DNA of 20,000 bases. It comes from an uncultured virus (IMG/VR IMGVR_UViG_3300029705_006209). Lineage: Duplodnaviria; Heunggongvirae; Uroviricota; Caudoviricetes. Location of the stretch: the IMG/VR virus record IMGVR_UViG_3300029705_006209. One strand, 5' to 3'. Made by a program: the position numbers and the translations under genes. Shown piece by piece: positions 18,009 through 20,000 of this stretch. The first letter of the stretch is position 1. Each line of letters begins with the position of its first letter. The notes below the pieces were generated by a model. The model was not told where the DNA came from. It saw only the letters and a list, made by a program, of their open reading frames with translations, and did not search any database.

Positions 18009-18329
18009 CTACCGACCGTATGCGTAGTCACTACGCTTGCTGTCGTCGTACATCCATGTTGTCCCAAATCTCTCAGATCCCTCAACAACCTTCAAAAACT
18101 CAGCCAGAGCATATCTGTTTAGAGAGAACAGGATAGTTCTGGTCTCCGTTGAGACGACATCTATGGCAACGCCTGAAAACATGATGCCGTATCTTACTAC
18201 TCCTTCATTCAATTCCTTATTGACTACAAGGCCGGAGTCCTCGATATTGCGTCTGCATATATCAGGGCGGACCGTACCGACCTCAAGTCTCGTGACTCCG
18301 CTCATCTTGTCGTGTGATTCTGTTATCAT
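18009..18329 (-). CDS. Hypothetical protein
   Basis: 106 aa, starts 3 bp after the upstream stop, with GAGG RBS. Confidence 0.65.
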   Translation of the reverse strand: MITESHDKMSGVTRLEVGTVRPDICRRNIEDSGLVVNKELNEGVVRYGIMFSGVAIDVVSTETRTILFSLNRYALAEFLKVVEGSERFGTTWMYDDSKRSDYAYGR

Positions 18330-18332
18330 TTT

Positions 18333-18719
18333 TTAAACCTCTTCGATTTCAATCCCCAGAAGAGCCAGCATGAGCTTCTTTTTCAGCTTATATACATCAG
18401 TCTTAACGCCTTTGGCATCAAGAACCTTCAGTTCTCCGTCCTGCATATAGGAAAAATCGGCCTTATACGTGATCGCTCTCTGGATAGGCTTCCCGTCCCG
18501 TCGCACCGCCGGCACAAGTTCAAAGGCAGGCTGAAGTTTCAGCTCACTGATCTCACCTGCCCGCTCGAGGATCTTCAGCTCGGCATATATATCTCTCTCA
18601 TGCTCTGAGTCGAACCGGTGTCCGTCCAGGTAGACCGGCTTGTTCCGATACTTTCTTGTTGCGGTACCCTCTTCACCAAGAAGATCTCTGTATTCTTTTT
18701 CCGAAAACCTTACAGCCAT
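18333..18719 (-). CDS. DUF1064-family protein (phage-associated, PD-(D/E)XK nuclease-like)
   Basis: KYRNKPVYLDGHRFDSEHE...LKLQPAFEL...ITYKADFSY...VLDAKGVKTDVYKLKKKLM matches the family pattern as I recall it. Confidence 0.85.
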   Translation of the reverse strand: MAVRFSEKEYRDLLGEEGTATRKYRNKPVYLDGHRFDSEHERDIYAELKILERAGEISELKLQPAFELVPAVRRDGKPIQRAITYKADFSYMQDGELKVLDAKGVKTDVYKLKKKLMLALLGIEIEEV

Positions 18720-18778
18720 AGTCTTCTGTATTCTTCAGGCGATACAAACAGTATCCCGTCAGCTTCCTCTACCTTTTT
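18710..18778 (-). pseudogene. Probable 3' remnant of a gene interrupted by the second IscB element
   Basis: Open frame (KK)VEEADGILFVSPEEYRRLWL* with no in-frame start codon; its end overlaps the DUF1064 start (ATGGCTGTAA). Confidence 0.45.
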
Positions 18779-20000
18779 AGCGGCAAGAGAGCCCCGACCT
18801 CTAAGCGTTAGCGTAGGTGGAGGGATGAATTGCCGTTTTATGTGTAAACTAATCCTTGATTATATTTCACTATTTGACATTCCCTTGCAGGAATGCGGGT
18901 TCCATTGACCTTATAGTAGCAACCGTTATTTTCCTGCGAGGTAAGAATGAATATCCTGCCGTCATGGCGAACGATCGCACCCGGCATGATACGCTCCGGG
19001 TTGTTGTAGCGTCTGTAGGACTTCCTTACCTTCAGCCTCGACAGCATGCGGTCAGCTTCTTTCCTGCCGCAAAGTCTGACCTGCTTTTCATACCACTGCG
19101 ACAATGCCAGTCCTTTCTGATCGATGCGAGGCTTTCGGTTCCTCGCAACGGTCTTGCCGTCAAGCTTGTATGTGCGTTCAGGCTGATTATTGATCTTCGC
19201 TCTGTTGTGGCGCCTGAACTGCTTCACGCTGAAAGTTTTGGCCTCAGGCTGCATTGGTATCACGCCTGTCGCCATCGACGCGATGCACAGAGCATCGATA
19301 TCGTGGTCCTTGTCAAGGCCGGCTGCATAGCGCATCTCTTTCGTGTCGTATCCGGCGCAGATGAAGACGTTCTCTTCACCGAAACGTTCGACAAGACCCA
19401 GATAAATGTACGGTATCGCCTGATTCAGCACGCTCAGCGCCTGATACTTCTTGCCGAAGCCCTCGACATCGAGCTCGAGCTCACCGATATGTATCTTAGT
19501 GTGGCAGCTGTTGCACAGACCCACCTTGTTCTCCGGTCCGTCAAAGCCGTTGTCGTTTTGCTCCTTCACATGATGGTACTGCTCGATCGGTGCTCCGCAG
19601 CAGAAGCACCTGCCTTTCTGACGCTCGTACACGAAATCATCGACCGAGGCGTAGCCTTTCAGTCTGCCGTTCTGGAAGTCGATACCTCTGATCGCTCCGT
19701 CCTCCAGCTTCATGAAAGCGAAGCGGTTCGCCTCAAGGCACCAGCCTTTGACCGGAAGTATCTTTCTTATCTGATCGACGTGGTTCAGATGCGTGTCGAC
19801 AAGATGTTTAACACTCGGCGTTATGAGCTGCCTCTTCTTCCGGTTCCTGAACCTTGCCTCCTGATTGATGATATCCTTCACGAGCGTAGGTTTTTTCGTC
19901 CCCGGGATAAGTCTGCCGCTTCCGAGCTTTGTCGACAGAGTATTGTGCTTTTTGGCGAGACGCTTTCTCGCGAGGCGTCTTCCTCTGCGGCGCGCCTGAC
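18773..20000 (-). mobile_element. Second IscB (IS200/IS605-superfamily) element, partial
   Basis: iscB followed by subterminal hairpin CGGCAA-TTCATCCCTCCACCTACGCTAACGCTTAGAGGTCGGGGCTCTC-TTGCCG (18835-18781); 5' end and omegaRNA lie outside the window; boundary approximate. Confidence 0.8.
18838..20000 (-). CDS. iscB: IscB endonuclease, OgeuIscB-like subfamily, 5'-partial
   Basis: The frame continues upstream of the tracked GTG (QARRRGRRLARKRLAKK...LIPGTKKP...INQEARFRNR); RuvC-II LEANRFAF; HNH CFCC...YHHV...ENKVGLCNSCH; ALSVLNQ; RuvC-III KDHDIDALCIA; QFRRHNR. Confidence 0.92.
   Translation of the reverse strand, partial: QARRRGRRLARKRLAKKHNTLSTKLGSGRLIPGTKKPTLVKDIINQEARFRNRKKRQLITPSVKHLVDTHLNHVDQIRKILPVKGWCLEANRFAFMKLEDGAIRGIDFQNGRLKGYASVDDFVYERQKGRCFCCGAPIEQYHHVKEQNDNGFDGPENKVGLCNSCHTKIHIGELELDVEGFGKKYQALSVLNQAIPYIYLGLVERFGEENVFICAGYDTKEMRYAAGLDKDHDIDALCIASMATGVIPMQPEAKTFSVKQFRRHNRAKINNQPERTYKLDGKTVARNRKPRIDQKGLALSQWYEKQVRLCGRKEADRMLSRLKVRKSYRRYNNPERIMPGAIVRHDGRIFILTSQENNGCYYKVNGTRIPARECQIVKYNQGLVYT

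Noticed and set aside
18725..18775. Resemblance of ADGILFVSPEEY to the FMN reductase ADG..F.TPEYN motif
   Set aside because: Too short, and it ends at a stop five residues later, whereas that motif is internal in FMN reductases.

Overview
All supported genes lie on the minus strand in one tightly packed run that looks Bacillota/Clostridia-like. In transcription order (right to left): a partial OgeuIscB-like IscB element, a DUF1064 nuclease-like gene, a hypothetical gene, a class A PBP, secG, secE, an IS200/IS605-type IscB-omegaRNA element, secY, a fused secDF, a hypothetical gene, a PIN-PhoH protein, a lipoprotein, a small hypothetical gene, an XRE HTH gene, a type IA topoisomerase III with C-terminal repeats, two membrane proteins, and a partial DNA polymerase III alpha (dnaE). 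The main observation is a compact secG-secE-secY-secDF cluster with none of the usual chromosomal neighbours of these genes (ribosomal spc operon, nusG, eno/smpB, tgt-yajC). It sits among phage/plasmid-type genes, which suggests (inference) a large extrachromosomal element carrying its own Sec translocon and peptidoglycan synthase. secE and dnaE are missing from the supplied ORF track and were read by hand. Two divergent IscB elements are present: one would take its guide from the secE 3' end, the other appears to interrupt a gene. A shared 15-bp intergenic motif also recurs.
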